Shown in pieces: positions 1-9,516 of a DNA stretch of 30,820 nt. The stretch is from the NCBI GenBank assembly GCA_034717875.1, contig JAYELX010000559.1, forward strand, positions 1 to 30,820. The letters are read 5' to 3'. Source of the DNA: Chloroflexota bacterium (GTDB taxonomy: Bacteria; Chloroflexota; Anaerolineae; Anaerolineales; UBA11858). A program made the translations under genes and the position numbers. The notes under the pieces were generated by a model that did not search any database, was not told the origin of the DNA, and saw only the letters and a list, made by a program, of their open reading frames with translations. Within the stretch, counting starts at the first letter, position 1; the number at the start of each line of letters is the position of its first letter.

Positions 1-1231
1 GTTCCATTTGTTTAAGAATATCTGGCAATGCCATAGGACGATGGCGCAGCATTTCGATGACTTGATAGGCGCGCTCGTTGCTGATATTTCGCTGCGGCTC
101 ACGCTGTAGGAACCAATATTCGATTTTATCGCTGGATGGTTTTTTGATGCCCAGGTATTGCAGAGTTTTTAGGTCTTGGGCCACGCTGGGGTAAGTGTCT
201 GCCAGATATGAAATGGGGGTAACCCGGGACGGGCCGATGCTGAGTTTGTTTTCTACATCGAAGCTGATAATGCTGTCGCCGCCCAGCCCAATCGAGCGGA
301 TATTGGCGGCGCGTACGGCGGTTTGGTATTTTCCGACGGAGGTGCCTTCTGCGCGCACGGTGACTTGCCCCTGGTTGATGATGGCGATGTCTGTGGTGGT
401 GCCGCCGATGTCAATGACGATGGCTTGGTTCTCCCCGGATAGGAAACGCCCACCAATTGCGCTGGCGGCTGGGCCGGAGTGTACGGTTTCGACTGGGCGT
501 TGACTGGCTATATCAGCGCTCATCAAGGCTCCATCTCCGCGCACTACCATCAGGGGGGCGGTGATATTTCGCTCGTCCAGCGATTTGCGCATAGCCAATA
601 TGAATTCTTGCAGGATGGAGAGCAGCGAAGCGTTCAGGGTGGCGGTGGTGGCGCGTTGAATCGAGTTTAGCTTGTTGGAGAGTTGGTGCCCGATCACTAC
701 TGGGCGATTTGTTGCTTTGGTGATGGCTTCGAAGGCGCGTTCTTCGTGGGCGGCGTTGAAGGGGCTGAAGTAGCCGGAGACAGCGAAGGCAGCTACTTTA
801 TCTTGGAGGGTGATAGCTCTTTCGGTAATGGAATCCACATCCAAGGGGGTTTGTTCTTCGCCATACAGGTTATGTCCCCCTTCAAAGTAGTGATAGCTTG
901 ATGTGGCAAAATTTCCATTGAGGTTGAATTGTTCCACCAGATCGGAATCGTAGCCGAGCAAAAACAGTGCCACCGGACGACTTTTGCCCTCGGCTATGGC
1001 ATTGGTCGCCAGAGTTGTGGAGATGGAAACCAGGCGGATTTGATTTAGGCCGGTGGGCATGCTGTGCATGTCTGCGATAAGGTTGTCCAGCGCGGTCAGG
1101 ATACACTCTGCCAGGTTGTGCCGGGTGGTCAGGGTTTTGGTGGTTGCTGTGATTTGTCGGGTTTTGTAGTCCAGTAGTACGCCATCGGTGTAGGTTCCGC
1201 CGGTGTCGATACCAAGTACAAGTTCATTCAT
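1..1231 (-). CDS. Hydantoinase/oxoprolinase A-family (ASKHA) protein, paralog 1; 3'-truncated by window edge, absent from the ORF track
   Basis: Manual translation from ATG 1231 is open for 410 codons to the window edge: MNELVLGIDTGGTYTDGVL...SISTTLATNAIAEGK...VETVHSGPAASAIGGRFL...VIDIGGTTTDIA...SIGLGGDS; colinear with 9735..11738. Confidence 0.92.
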   Translation of the reverse strand, partial: MNELVLGIDTGGTYTDGVLLDYKTRQITATTKTLTTRHNLAECILTALDNLIADMHSMPTGLNQIRLVSISTTLATNAIAEGKSRPVALFLLGYDSDLVEQFNLNGNFATSSYHYFEGGHNLYGEEQTPLDVDSITERAITLQDKVAAFAVSGYFSPFNAAHEERAFEAITKATNRPVVIGHQLSNKLNSIQRATTATLNASLLSILQEFILAMRKSLDERNITAPLMVVRGDGALMSADIASQRPVETVHSGPAASAIGGRFLSGENQAIVIDIGGTTTDIAIINQGQVTVRAEGTSVGKYQTAVRAANIRSIGLGGDSIISFDVENKLSIGPSRVTPISYLADTYPSVAQDLKTLQYLGIKKPSSDKIEYWFLQREPQRNISNERAYQVIEMLRHRPMALPDILKQME

Positions 1232-1308
1232 TTTTGTTTTTTCGATAATGGTAAAAAGGTTAGCGATAAAATTATTGTAAGCGTTCAGAGGGGGTGATAT
1301 TCTCAAGG

Positions 1309-1532
1309 GGATAGCGATGGTCTCCGACTGATAGCGCTGGTCTCCGACCGAGCGAGGGGGGGCATCGGTAGGCGTTCGGTCGGGAGACCTTCACTATCGG
1401 CAAAAGTGGATAGCTTGAGACCGAGCGGGGTGGGCATCGGTAGGCGTTCGGTCGGGCAGCCCAGGGCTCGCCGAGGGCGCGCAAAGCGTGCTTCGCGAAG
1501 ACCTTCACTATCTGCAAAAGTGGATAGCTTGA
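1309..1532. repeat. Composite REP/MITE-like palindromic repeat cluster
   Basis: Hairpin gatagcgctggtctccgaccgagcg...cgttcggtcgggagaccttcactatc (1330-1398); a second unit at 1409-1512; agaccttcactatc-N-gcaaaagtggatagcttga occurs twice; related to 28613-28740. Confidence 0.75.
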
Positions 1533-1589
1533 CTTGGCTGTTCGGCGATCAACTTGAGGGGCGTGAACGCTTACCAAATTATTTATACG

Positions 1590-1686
1590 AGGTGACAGTC
1601 ACCTATAAACTCGATCTACACCTTGAATCATATTGCTAACCAGCGTGTTATTTGTAACAAGACACTTTTGCAGGTGACTGTCACCC
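1590..1686. repeat. 97-bp element bounded by two AGGTGACWGTCACCY palindromes (copy 1)
   Basis: aggtgacagtcacct 1590-1604 and aggtgactgtcaccc 1672-1686; 82/97 identical to 11805-11901 by manual alignment. Confidence 0.85.
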
Positions 1687-2625
1687 GTGTTCATCACTTA
1701 TTATATAATCACTAACGTTTTTCCTATTGGGTACCGAGATTATTATAACTCCGCCGACAATTAGAAGTGAGCCGATGATTTGCAAGAAGCTGAGGCGTTC
1801 TCCCAAGACGATGTAGGCCAGAATGCCGGCGAAGGCAACTTCGGATGTGGACGTGATCGAGGCGATGCTGGCTTGGAGGTATCCCAGCCCGGTTGTGTAA
1901 AATCCAAATCCGGCAATTGTTGTGAGAAATACCAGGCTGGCGAAGTAGAGTAACACGTTGGTTGGAAGCGGCCAGGGTGCCGGTTGACCAAATTGGAAGG
2001 GCAGCAGCGTTAATGTGGCAAAGCCAAACACGTAAAGAAGTATCGTCCAGGGGTTGTAGGTGCCGCTTAGTTTTTTGCCGAATAGGCTGAATGAGCCGTA
2101 CGCTATCGCGGAGGCGAGGGCGATTAGAATGCCCAGCGTGGTTATTTGTACGCCGCCCAGACCGTTGATTCCTGATGTTAGTATGGTTCCAACGATGGAT
2201 AGGATTATGGCGATGATTTTACGTCGGGTTAGTGCTTCACCAAAGAGCAGCCATGCCATGACGGTGACAACGATAGGGGCGTTGCATTGAATAACGGTGG
2301 CGAGGGATGCACCTATGAGCATTACGGACGTATTCCATAGTACGTGGAAAGATCCGATGCTGAGTGCGCCCATTGCAAGAAACCAGGGAATATCACCTCG
2401 TTTGATGCGTAGTAATTTGGGGCGGATGATGGCGATGCCTACTAGTAATGATAGAAAGGTGAACATATCGCGGTAGAAGGCCAGCCCTACGGCAGTTATA
2501 CCACTTCCGTTAATGGTTAGATTAATGAATATCCCTGATGTGGACCAGAATACGGTTGCCAAGACAACCAGGATGAGTCCTTGTGCTCTGGTTGGGATTG
2601 GTTTGGAGGTGGTGTTGGTTTTCAT
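1681..2625 (-). CDS. EamA/DMT-family transporter
   Basis: 314 aa, about ten hydrophobic segments, two EamA-like halves (FWSTSGIF; ASIASITSTSEVAFAGILAYIVLGERL). Confidence 0.9.
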   Translation of the reverse strand: MKTNTTSKPIPTRAQGLILVVLATVFWSTSGIFINLTINGSGITAVGLAFYRDMFTFLSLLVGIAIIRPKLLRIKRGDIPWFLAMGALSIGSFHVLWNTSVMLIGASLATVIQCNAPIVVTVMAWLLFGEALTRRKIIAIILSIVGTILTSGINGLGGVQITTLGILIALASAIAYGSFSLFGKKLSGTYNPWTILLYVFGFATLTLLPFQFGQPAPWPLPTNVLLYFASLVFLTTIAGFGFYTTGLGYLQASIASITSTSEVAFAGILAYIVLGERLSFLQIIGSLLIVGGVIIISVPNRKNVSDYIISDEHG

Positions 2626-2629
2626 TGTT

Positions 2630-4204
2630 TTAGTTTGGGGCGAGTGCCATGCCTTGAATGTAGAGTGTGTTGAAGTCGGGGTCGAGATCGAGGTCGATTT
2701 GTTCGGCGTGAGCGGCTAATTTCTCTCCCAGGGCGAAACCTTCGTCGGTCAGGAATATGGCTGCGCCGAATCCTGCGCCATTGGCTATTGTTTCGACCGA
2801 TTCTCGGAGCACGGGTGGAATCATACCAATATTGATGATGGCGTCGATATCTACTTGCCCGCCGAATGAGCCGGTCAGAATTAATTTTTCTAAATCTTGC
2901 GGGCCGAGATCAAGTCGATTCATTAGGATGTCGATTGCGGCGCGAATGGCTCCTTTTGCTTTTTGCAGTTCGCGAATATCGAGTTGCGTAAGCATTAGTT
3001 TTCCGTCTGGGGTTAGCTTTATGCTGTGGATTCCGGCCTGGTTGTTTGTGACCAGGTTTTCGAATCCGACTGGATTGCTGGTGATGCGGCCACTTGGTTC
3101 GATTATTCCAGCGTGTCGGAATTGGTAAACTGCGCTGAGGAGACCTGATCCGGTCAACCCCACGGGTGCTTGGTCGCCGATGGTTTTTAGGATAACTTTG
3201 TTTCCATCTAGACTGAGATCGACAATTGCTCCATCGATGGCGCGCGAGCCACATGAGATGTTGACGCCTTCGAAAGCGGGGCCGGCTGCGGTAGAGGCAG
3301 TTAGGATGCGGTCTCCATCAGTAACCATGACTTCTCCGTTGGTGCCGAGGTCAATGGCGGCCATGGGTGCGGATGGTTTATCGAAGCCAAAGTATGCCAG
3401 GCAAGCCAGAGCGTCAGAGCCGACAAATCCGCCGATCAGAGGTGGAAGGGAGACTTTTGCTCCCTCTGGGAAGATCCCGCCCATGAGGGGGACTGCATCC
3501 ATAATGGAGGCTGCGCTGTGGGGTTGGAAGGGCATCACGGCTATTGTTTCGAGGGGCATTTCTGTCAGCAGGTGGTGCATGGCAACGTTACCGACAATGG
3601 TCACTCGCTCAATGCGTTCTCGAATCCGAGAGGAGAGGCGGAGTGAATCGACTGCCTGGTTGATGGATGCCAGGGCGAGGCGATGGAGACGTTCGGCGTT
3701 ATCGGGGTTGTCTACGGCGGCTGCTAGGCGAGAGATCACATCGGCGCCGTAGACGGTTTGTTGGTTGAGCCCGCCGCCTGCGACAGCTACTTCGCCGTTG
3801 TCTAACATGGTTAAAAATGCTGCTACCGTGGTTGTTCCCAAGTCTATGGCCAGGCCCAGCGGAACGTCTTGCTCGCGTTTGTAACGTGAACTGCTTTTGA
3901 AAAATTTGTTGGAATAAACTACGATAGGGGATAGTATGACTTGGGTATCAGCCTCTACGCGAGCGCGGCAGGCCAGACGGTTGTTGAGGGCCAATTCGCC
4001 GGTGGTCAGGTTTTTTAGCTCGATTTCATCGGGTTCACTGATTCCCTTTTCGACAAGTACCTTGCATTTTCCGCAAGTTCCTCGACCAGCGCAGGGTTGC
4101 TCTAGTGGAAAACCTGTTTTTGCGATGACGTCGCCAAGTATAGAATTTTTTTTGGCCTCGACAGTTTTTTCTTTTTCTCCATAGATAACGGTTACTTTGG
4201 GCAT
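2630..4204 (-). CDS. ATP-dependent reductive activator of corrinoid proteins (RACE/RACo, DUF4445 ASKHA family) with N-terminal [2Fe-2S] domain
   Basis: CAGRGTCGKC...LACRA plant-type ferredoxin motif; ASKHA motifs AIDLGTTTV and IDLGTNGE; STAAGPAFEG; GSFG; adjacent to corrinoid genes. Confidence 0.92.
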   Translation of the reverse strand: MPKVTVIYGEKEKTVEAKKNSILGDVIAKTGFPLEQPCAGRGTCGKCKVLVEKGISEPDEIELKNLTTGELALNNRLACRARVEADTQVILSPIVVYSNKFFKSSSRYKREQDVPLGLAIDLGTTTVAAFLTMLDNGEVAVAGGGLNQQTVYGADVISRLAAAVDNPDNAERLHRLALASINQAVDSLRLSSRIRERIERVTIVGNVAMHHLLTEMPLETIAVMPFQPHSAASIMDAVPLMGGIFPEGAKVSLPPLIGGFVGSDALACLAYFGFDKPSAPMAAIDLGTNGEVMVTDGDRILTASTAAGPAFEGVNISCGSRAIDGAIVDLSLDGNKVILKTIGDQAPVGLTGSGLLSAVYQFRHAGIIEPSGRITSNPVGFENLVTNNQAGIHSIKLTPDGKLMLTQLDIRELQKAKGAIRAAIDILMNRLDLGPQDLEKLILTGSFGGQVDIDAIINIGMIPPVLRESVETIANGAGFGAAIFLTDEGFALGEKLAAHAEQIDLDLDPDFNTLYIQGMALAPN

Positions 4205-4419
4205 TGAGTTGTTGCTCCTTTTGGATTGATGCTAATATGCAGCGTAATTTTCTGACCCGTTTTTAGCCAGCATAAGTTAGATGTGCCTATCTTGAGAAAG
4301 TTACATAGTATTCTCTCAATATTTCGGGGTAGCTTGAACCGGTCTTCGCGTAGCATGCCCTTTGGGGTACCTGATCGTGCTCGTTGGTAACTCGGTCACG
4401 CCATACGTAAAATAAAAAC

Positions 4420-4451
4420 ATGTAGTGGCACTTGTTGATGCGCCACTACAT
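4420..4451. terminator. GTAG-type REP-like hairpin, probably also a terminator after mvhD
   Basis: Perfect 10-bp stem atgtagtggc / gccactacat, 24 bp beyond the mvhD stop. Confidence 0.55.
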
Positions 4452-4474
4452 ACAAAAGAAATTTTGCTGAGGGG

Positions 4475-4891
4475 TCATGATTTTAAGGGATTGGGGCCCA
4501 GCTCCTTGATGCGGTCAGTCATCTCTTGAGCTGCTTCCGCAAAGGCCTGTCCTTGTCCCCCAGACATGAAGAAAATATCCAGACGATCCTGATCAAATCC
4601 AATCTCGTCCAGCATCTTTTTGGTTCGCTTGACCCGGGCCTGGGCGCGTACGTTGCCGTTAACGTGGTGACAGTTCCCGATGGGGCAAGCTATCACGTAA
4701 ACACCGTCGGCGCCATCCTCGAAAGCCTTAAGAATATAGCGTGGGTCTGTTTTACCCGTACAGGGTAAATTCACCAATTTTACATTGGCGGGATACTCGA
4801 TGCGCAACGATCCTGCCGTGTCGGCAGCCATGTTGGCGCAGTAGATACATATAAAGGCAGTGAGTTCAGGTTCGAAGGTTTTATCATTCAT
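4475..4891 (-). CDS. mvhD: MvhD-like [2Fe-2S] subunit (hydrogenase delta/HdrA partner); start corrected to ATG 4891, 138 aa
   Basis: FICIYCANMAAD, NLPCTGKTDP, ADGVYVIACPIGNCHHVNGN; ATG overlaps the hdrA TGA (ATGA 4891-4888), so the track's 40-aa N-terminal extension is unlikely. Confidence 0.9.
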   Translation of the reverse strand: MNDKTFEPELTAFICIYCANMAADTAGSLRIEYPANVKLVNLPCTGKTDPRYILKAFEDGADGVYVIACPIGNCHHVNGNVRAQARVKRTKKMLDEIGFDQDRLDIFFMSGGQGQAFAEAAQEMTDRIKELGPNPLKS

Positions 4892-7800
4892 ATTGTCACC
4901 CAACTTCCTAGGACTGGATATTCTGGTACCATAATTTGTGTATCGGTGTAATTCATCAATTGAATTGCGTTTGCTGGGCACTCCCCGGCGCAAGTGCCGC
5001 ATCCGTGGCATAAGTTTGGCTCGATGTAGGCTGCTCCACCCAGGCTGCCCACACCGCTTTCGCTGTCATCCACTTTGGGGATTTCGAATGGGCAGGTGCG
5101 CGTACAGGTTAGGCAGCCGACACATTTATCAGTGTCTACCACGGCGATGACCCCGCCATAATAATAGGGGTGTTCGGATAGAATTGTGGTCGCCCGTCCT
5201 GCGGTAGCGAGGGCCTGGCTGATGCTTTCTTCGATGAATTTGGGGTAATGGGCAATGCCGCAGAGGAAGATGCCTTCTTCCATAAAGTCCATGGGGCGCA
5301 TCTTGATGTGGGCTTCCAGGAAGAATCCTTCGGTGGAAAGGGGAACGTTGAGTAATTTCGCTAATTCCTGGGTGCCATTTGATGGTACTATGGCGGTGCT
5401 CAGCACTAGGAGACCAGGATCGATGGACAAGGGCTGGTCCAACATAGGTTCCTGCAGTTGAACGCGTAGATTGCCGTTAATGCTTTTGACTTGGGGCTTG
5501 TTTTCGTTGTCGTAGCGGACGAAGATCACGCCTCGCTCCCGAGCATCGGTGTAATATTGCTCTCGGAAACCGTAAGTGATGATATCTTTGTACAGCACTG
5601 TGACGTTGCAATCGGGGTTGATGACTTTGAGACGGATTGCGTTTTTAATCGTGCTGGTGCAGCAAATGCGGGAGCAATAATCATGGTCGGCACCATCAGG
5701 GCGCACGCATTGGATCATGACTACATCATCCAACTCGGCTACCTCATCCATTCGGTGGGTGATAGTGTCCTCCAATTCCAGTTGGGTGAGCACATTAGGA
5801 TGCTGCCCTAATAGATACTGACTACCGCGGGCTTCATGTCCGCCGGTGGCAACGATAGTTGCCCCGTGTGATATCTTTGTTTCACCACCGTCTTGATGGC
5901 GTAGTAGTGAGTGATATGCACCTGCATGACCTTCGTGGCTCACGACTTCCGTTTGATTGTAAACATCAATGTGCTCATGTACACGTACTCGGTTGACCAG
6001 GTCGCGCAGTAACTGTTGGGGATTTTCTCCTCCGACAAGATACTGTATTTTATTCAAGTTGCCACCCAGTTCATTCTCGCGTTCGACTAGAACAGCATTG
6101 AAGCCTGAATCAGCAACGGCAAGAGCGGATGTCATACCGGAGATGCCTCCGCCGATGACCAAAGCTCGTTGGGTTGGGGAGATAGAAGATTTATAGATAG
6201 GTTGCAAGGTGCTGGCGCGTCCCGTAGCTACACGAATCAATTCCATTGCTTTGCGGGTTGCCTTTTCTGGTTCGTGTGGGTGTACCCATGCGCAGAACTC
6301 GCGGATATTGGCCATTTCCAGCAGGTAAGCGTTCAATCCTGCTTCTTTGATGGTGCGTTGGAAGAGCGATTTATGCGTTCGGTCGCTGCATCCTGCTACG
6401 ACGACACGGTTGAGGTCATGCTCTGCGATAGCGTCTTTGATGGCTTGTTGTCCTTCGGGGAAACATCCATATCCGATCTCTTCGGCGTGAACCACATAGG
6501 GATAGGTTCGAGATTTTGCGATTAGACGTTCGATGGATACTGGCCCTTCGATAGATGGATGGCACCGGCAGACAAAGACCCCCACACGTGGTTTTTCATT
6601 GCTGATGTCCCGCTCGGGGGGGAAGTCCTCATTACTCAAGAATGGGTATTCGCGGCTATAGGGGGCTTTCCCGAGTTGGTTGTTGAAAAGACGCATGACA
6701 TCGCCCGCTGCCCCTGCCGAGTCGATTAGAGTATCGGAAATTTCCTTGGGGCTTGAGAACGCCCCGCATACGTAGATGCCGGCCCGGCTGGTTTCCAGGG
6801 GGTTGAATTTGTCTGTTTTGCAGAAACCGTATTGGTTGAGGGCGAAATTAAGCTTTTGGGCAAGTGTGGCTGCCCCGGAGGGGGGTTCCATGCCCACTGA
6901 AAGCACGACCATGTCGAAAGGTTCTTCTTTAATCTGTTTATCACGCGGTTCGAGATATTTAATGATCAGATCGTTAGTGGTAGGGTCTTCATCTAATTGA
7001 GATATGCGGCAGCGAGTGTATTCGACGCCATACTCCTCGTGCGAGCGTTTGAAATAGGAGTTGAATTCCTTGTTGAAGGCGCGCTCATCCATCATGAAAA
7101 TTTGGCAGTGCACGTCGTCAATGCGTTGCTTGGCCAAGATAGCTTCCTTACTGGCATACATGCAGCAAATTGATGAGCAGTACGGGTGATCTTGATCGCG
7201 AGAGCCGATACATTGAAGCCAGGCAATACGTTTTGGCGTTGTGTTGTCTGATGGGCGCAGAACAAGCCCGTTGGTTGGTCCGGAACGACTGACGAAGCGT
7301 TCGTATTGCATGCTGTGGACGACATTGGTGTAGCGGTTGTATCCAAATTCGGCCAATGTGCCGGGGTCTACTAATTTATAACCCAGGGCTAGAATAATGG
7401 CAGATACGGCAACTTTCTCTTCCTGCGGCTTCTCGTTTAGATTGATTGCTCCCGTTGGACATACATCTTCGCAGCGATGGCAATCATCACAATAATCCCC
7501 TTTGTCGATTATGTAGGTATTTGGTATTGCCCGTGGCGCGGTTTTGTGGATGGCCATACGCGACACGATTGATTCTTGAAATTCGCTGGGCATTCGTTGT
7601 GGGCAAGCGATAGCACACAAACCGCAGTTCGTACATCTGTCCGCGTCTACATAGCGAGGTTGGTGCTGCAGGGTGACGGTAAAATTACCCGCTTGACCAC
7701 TGGCATCAACGATCTCGGTTTGAGTCATAATTTCAATATTGGGGTGTTGGTTGTTGTCCATGAAAGCTGGCGAAATTGCCGGGCGTGTGCATCCGTAGCC

Positions 7801-8007
7801 GTGGTCTGAAGTTCCACGGCAGAGCACGCAGTCATGGGTGGGGAACATATAACCCAACTGGGCCACACGTCCTCCCAAGCCTGCATCCCGTTCGACTAGA
7901 TAGACTTTTAAGCCAGCTTCAGCCAGGTCGATAGCAGCACGCATACCCCCAACGCCGCCACCAACGACTAGAATTGCACCTTCAGGATTTTTGCGGTTTT
8001 TTTTCAT
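4888..8007 (-). CDS. hdrA: Heterodisulfide reductase subunit A-like flavoprotein, 1039 aa, two FAD modules
   Basis: GGGVGG and GGGISG FAD motifs; LQCIGSRD..YCSSICCM and IQCV..YCSRICCT clusters; four CxxCxxCxxxCP ferredoxin motifs; internal GVFVCRC..NIREFCAWVH module; AGGA SD. Confidence 0.93.
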   Translation of the reverse strand: MKKNRKNPEGAILVVGGGVGGMRAAIDLAEAGLKVYLVERDAGLGGRVAQLGYMFPTHDCVLCRGTSDHGYGCTRPAISPAFMDNNQHPNIEIMTQTEIVDASGQAGNFTVTLQHQPRYVDADRCTNCGLCAIACPQRMPSEFQESIVSRMAIHKTAPRAIPNTYIIDKGDYCDDCHRCEDVCPTGAINLNEKPQEEKVAVSAIILALGYKLVDPGTLAEFGYNRYTNVVHSMQYERFVSRSGPTNGLVLRPSDNTTPKRIAWLQCIGSRDQDHPYCSSICCMYASKEAILAKQRIDDVHCQIFMMDERAFNKEFNSYFKRSHEEYGVEYTRCRISQLDEDPTTNDLIIKYLEPRDKQIKEEPFDMVVLSVGMEPPSGAATLAQKLNFALNQYGFCKTDKFNPLETSRAGIYVCGAFSSPKEISDTLIDSAGAAGDVMRLFNNQLGKAPYSREYPFLSNEDFPPERDISNEKPRVGVFVCRCHPSIEGPVSIERLIAKSRTYPYVVHAEEIGYGCFPEGQQAIKDAIAEHDLNRVVVAGCSDRTHKSLFQRTIKEAGLNAYLLEMANIREFCAWVHPHEPEKATRKAMELIRVATGRASTLQPIYKSSISPTQRALVIGGGISGMTSALAVADSGFNAVLVERENELGGNLNKIQYLVGGENPQQLLRDLVNRVRVHEHIDVYNQTEVVSHEGHAGAYHSLLRHQDGGETKISHGATIVATGGHEARGSQYLLGQHPNVLTQLELEDTITHRMDEVAELDDVVMIQCVRPDGADHDYCSRICCTSTIKNAIRLKVINPDCNVTVLYKDIITYGFREQYYTDARERGVIFVRYDNENKPQVKSINGNLRVQLQEPMLDQPLSIDPGLLVLSTAIVPSNGTQELAKLLNVPLSTEGFFLEAHIKMRPMDFMEEGIFLCGIAHYPKFIEESISQALATAGRATTILSEHPYYYGGVIAVVDTDKCVGCLTCTRTCPFEIPKVDDSESGVGSLGGAAYIEPNLCHGCGTCAGECPANAIQLMNYTDTQIMVPEYPVLGSWVTI

Positions 8008-8015
8008 TTTTATTC

Positions 8016-8666
8016 CTATATCTCTCGCAAATCATAGATACTCATATCTTCCAGGTTATTGATGACCTCTGTCAGTTGCTTTTTATCAATATTATTGACC
8101 TTGCATACAGAGATCCAAGCATCGGGAATATTCTCTGGGTAATAGCCAACGTTTACCGAAAGATACCCCCCCGCTTCGGCGATGGCGTTGGTCAGTCTGG
8201 CGATTGCCCCCACGCGGTCTGGTTGCAGAACGGAAACGCGTATTCCGTGTCGACGGGCGCCCAATAAATCAACCATGATGTTGAAGATGTCGTTGTCGGT
8301 GATGATACCTACAAGATGCCCATCCCGCATCACCGGTAGACAGCCGATGCGCTCTTCGGCCATAATGCGGGCGGCCTCCTCGATGGGGGTATCATCACCG
8401 ATGGTGGTTATATCTTTGAGCATTACTGCGCGAGCCTTGATTTTTGCTAGAGTATAAGTGATCTCGAAGCGGCTGAAGTTGCTTATATCGGAGGGGAGTG
8501 CGCTCAATAATGTGCTTCGGGTGACCAATCCAATTAGCCGTTGCTCTTCATCCAAAATAGGGAGATGTCGAAAGCTGTTTTCTATCATCAATGCCCGTGC
8601 TTCAGTGACAGGCATTTCTGGGCCCCCACAGATTGGATCAGGTGTCATGCGATCTTTTACAAGCAT
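8016..8666 (-). CDS. CBS-pair + ACT domain protein (AcuB-like), paralog 1
   Basis: MLVKDRMTPDPI, FRHLPILD, IGCLPVM..LVGIITDND, C-terminal ACT-like DRVGAIARLTNAI. Confidence 0.88.
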   Translation of the reverse strand: MLVKDRMTPDPICGGPEMPVTEARALMIENSFRHLPILDEEQRLIGLVTRSTLLSALPSDISNFSRFEITYTLAKIKARAVMLKDITTIGDDTPIEEAARIMAEERIGCLPVMRDGHLVGIITDNDIFNIMVDLLGARRHGIRVSVLQPDRVGAIARLTNAIAEAGGYLSVNVGYYPENIPDAWISVCKVNNIDKKQLTEVINNLEDMSIYDLREI

Positions 8667-8751
8667 AGTGCCTCCTTTAATCGGTTTATTTTATGATATG
8701 GCATGAAGCATATTATACATGCTTTTCATGTCATTCATTATAAGTATTCAG

Positions 8752-8823
8752 TCCCTTCACCCTAGCTCTCTCTCACCCTAGCTTTCTCCCTCACCCTAGC
8801 CCTCTCCCAAAGGGAGAGGGGAC
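8752..8823. repeat. BoxC-like pyrimidine/purine palindromic repeat with a triplicated 5' arm
   Basis: tcaccctagc three times (8757, 8773, 8791), then hairpin cctctccc-aaa-gggagagg. Confidence 0.65.
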
Positions 8824-8874
8824 GATTAGCATTCATTTGAGATTAGATTTCGAGAGTAAGTAGAGCTGCCGATC

Positions 8875-9516
8875 CTAAAGCTCTTTGAGAATCTGGAATA
8901 CCTTATTGTAGAAGTTTTGAATGTGATTCCGCATAATCTCTTCGGCGCGGTCAGCGTCGTGTTTCTTGATGGATTCTACCATTTCTAAATGTGTTTTCAC
9001 AGCCTTAGGTAAGAATTCCAGGTGAGGAAGTGCCAGGTACCATAGTCGTTGCGAAAGACCGTAGTATTGCTCTAGAATCTCAGCTAGATATTTATTGTCC
9101 GCAGCATTAGCTATAGCTTGGTGAAATTTGTGATCCACATCAAAGAGTTTACGCGGTTCGTTTTTTGGGACTTTTGCTTGTTCCTGACAGAGTGCATTCA
9201 GCACCACCAGGTCATCGGCGGTGGCATGTTTAGCTGCCTGCCGGGCACAATATGGTTCCAACAATAGGCGAATGTCACTGATCTTTTGTAACTCGGCCAC
9301 TTTGACATCAGTGACGTACAGCCCTCGGAGGGGAGCCTCCACCAGATGCTTGTGTACCAACAATTTGAGTGCCTCTCGAATCGGGGTAAGCCCCATGTCG
9401 AGTTCTTTGGTCAACTTGCTTTCGTCGATGGGGGCACCGGGTTTCAACTCTAGAGTTGTGATTTTTTCCCGAATGATTTCGTAAGCGCGTTTTGTATCTA
9501 CTCGAATTAGTTCCAT
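8875..9516 (-). CDS. GntR-family transcriptional regulator (FCD domain), paralog 1
   Basis: wHTH AYEIIREKI..LKPG..MGLTPIREAL; FCD D..FHQAIANAADNKYL. Confidence 0.93.
   Translation of the reverse strand: MELIRVDTKRAYEIIREKITTLELKPGAPIDESKLTKELDMGLTPIREALKLLVHKHLVEAPLRGLYVTDVKVAELQKISDIRLLLEPYCARQAAKHATADDLVVLNALCQEQAKVPKNEPRKLFDVDHKFHQAIANAADNKYLAEILEQYYGLSQRLWYLALPHLEFLPKAVKTHLEMVESIKKHDADRAEEIMRNHIQNFYNKVFQILKEL

Noticed and set aside
1272-1639. ORFs 1272..1577 (-) and 1406..1639 (+), also 18834..19091, 28789..29103 and 30555..30815
   Set aside because: They arise from repeat elements, show repeated peptide segments and have no SD or family motifs.
4205-4474. Cobalamin or folate riboswitch upstream of the corrinoid activator (also checked 13567-13797, 15929-16170 and 30525-30820)
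   Set aside because: No B12-box or GCCACTG/GGGAAG elements and no THF or ZTP consensus recognised by eye; an Rfam scan would settle it.
4892-5011. Longer MvhD start given by the ORF track (5011)
   Set aside because: It overlaps the hdrA 3' end by over 120 bp; homology begins at MNDKTFEP with an ATGA coupling at 4891.
4475-8007. Selenocysteine in HdrA or MvhD
   Set aside because: Both are open without internal TGA and the cluster ligands are Cys.
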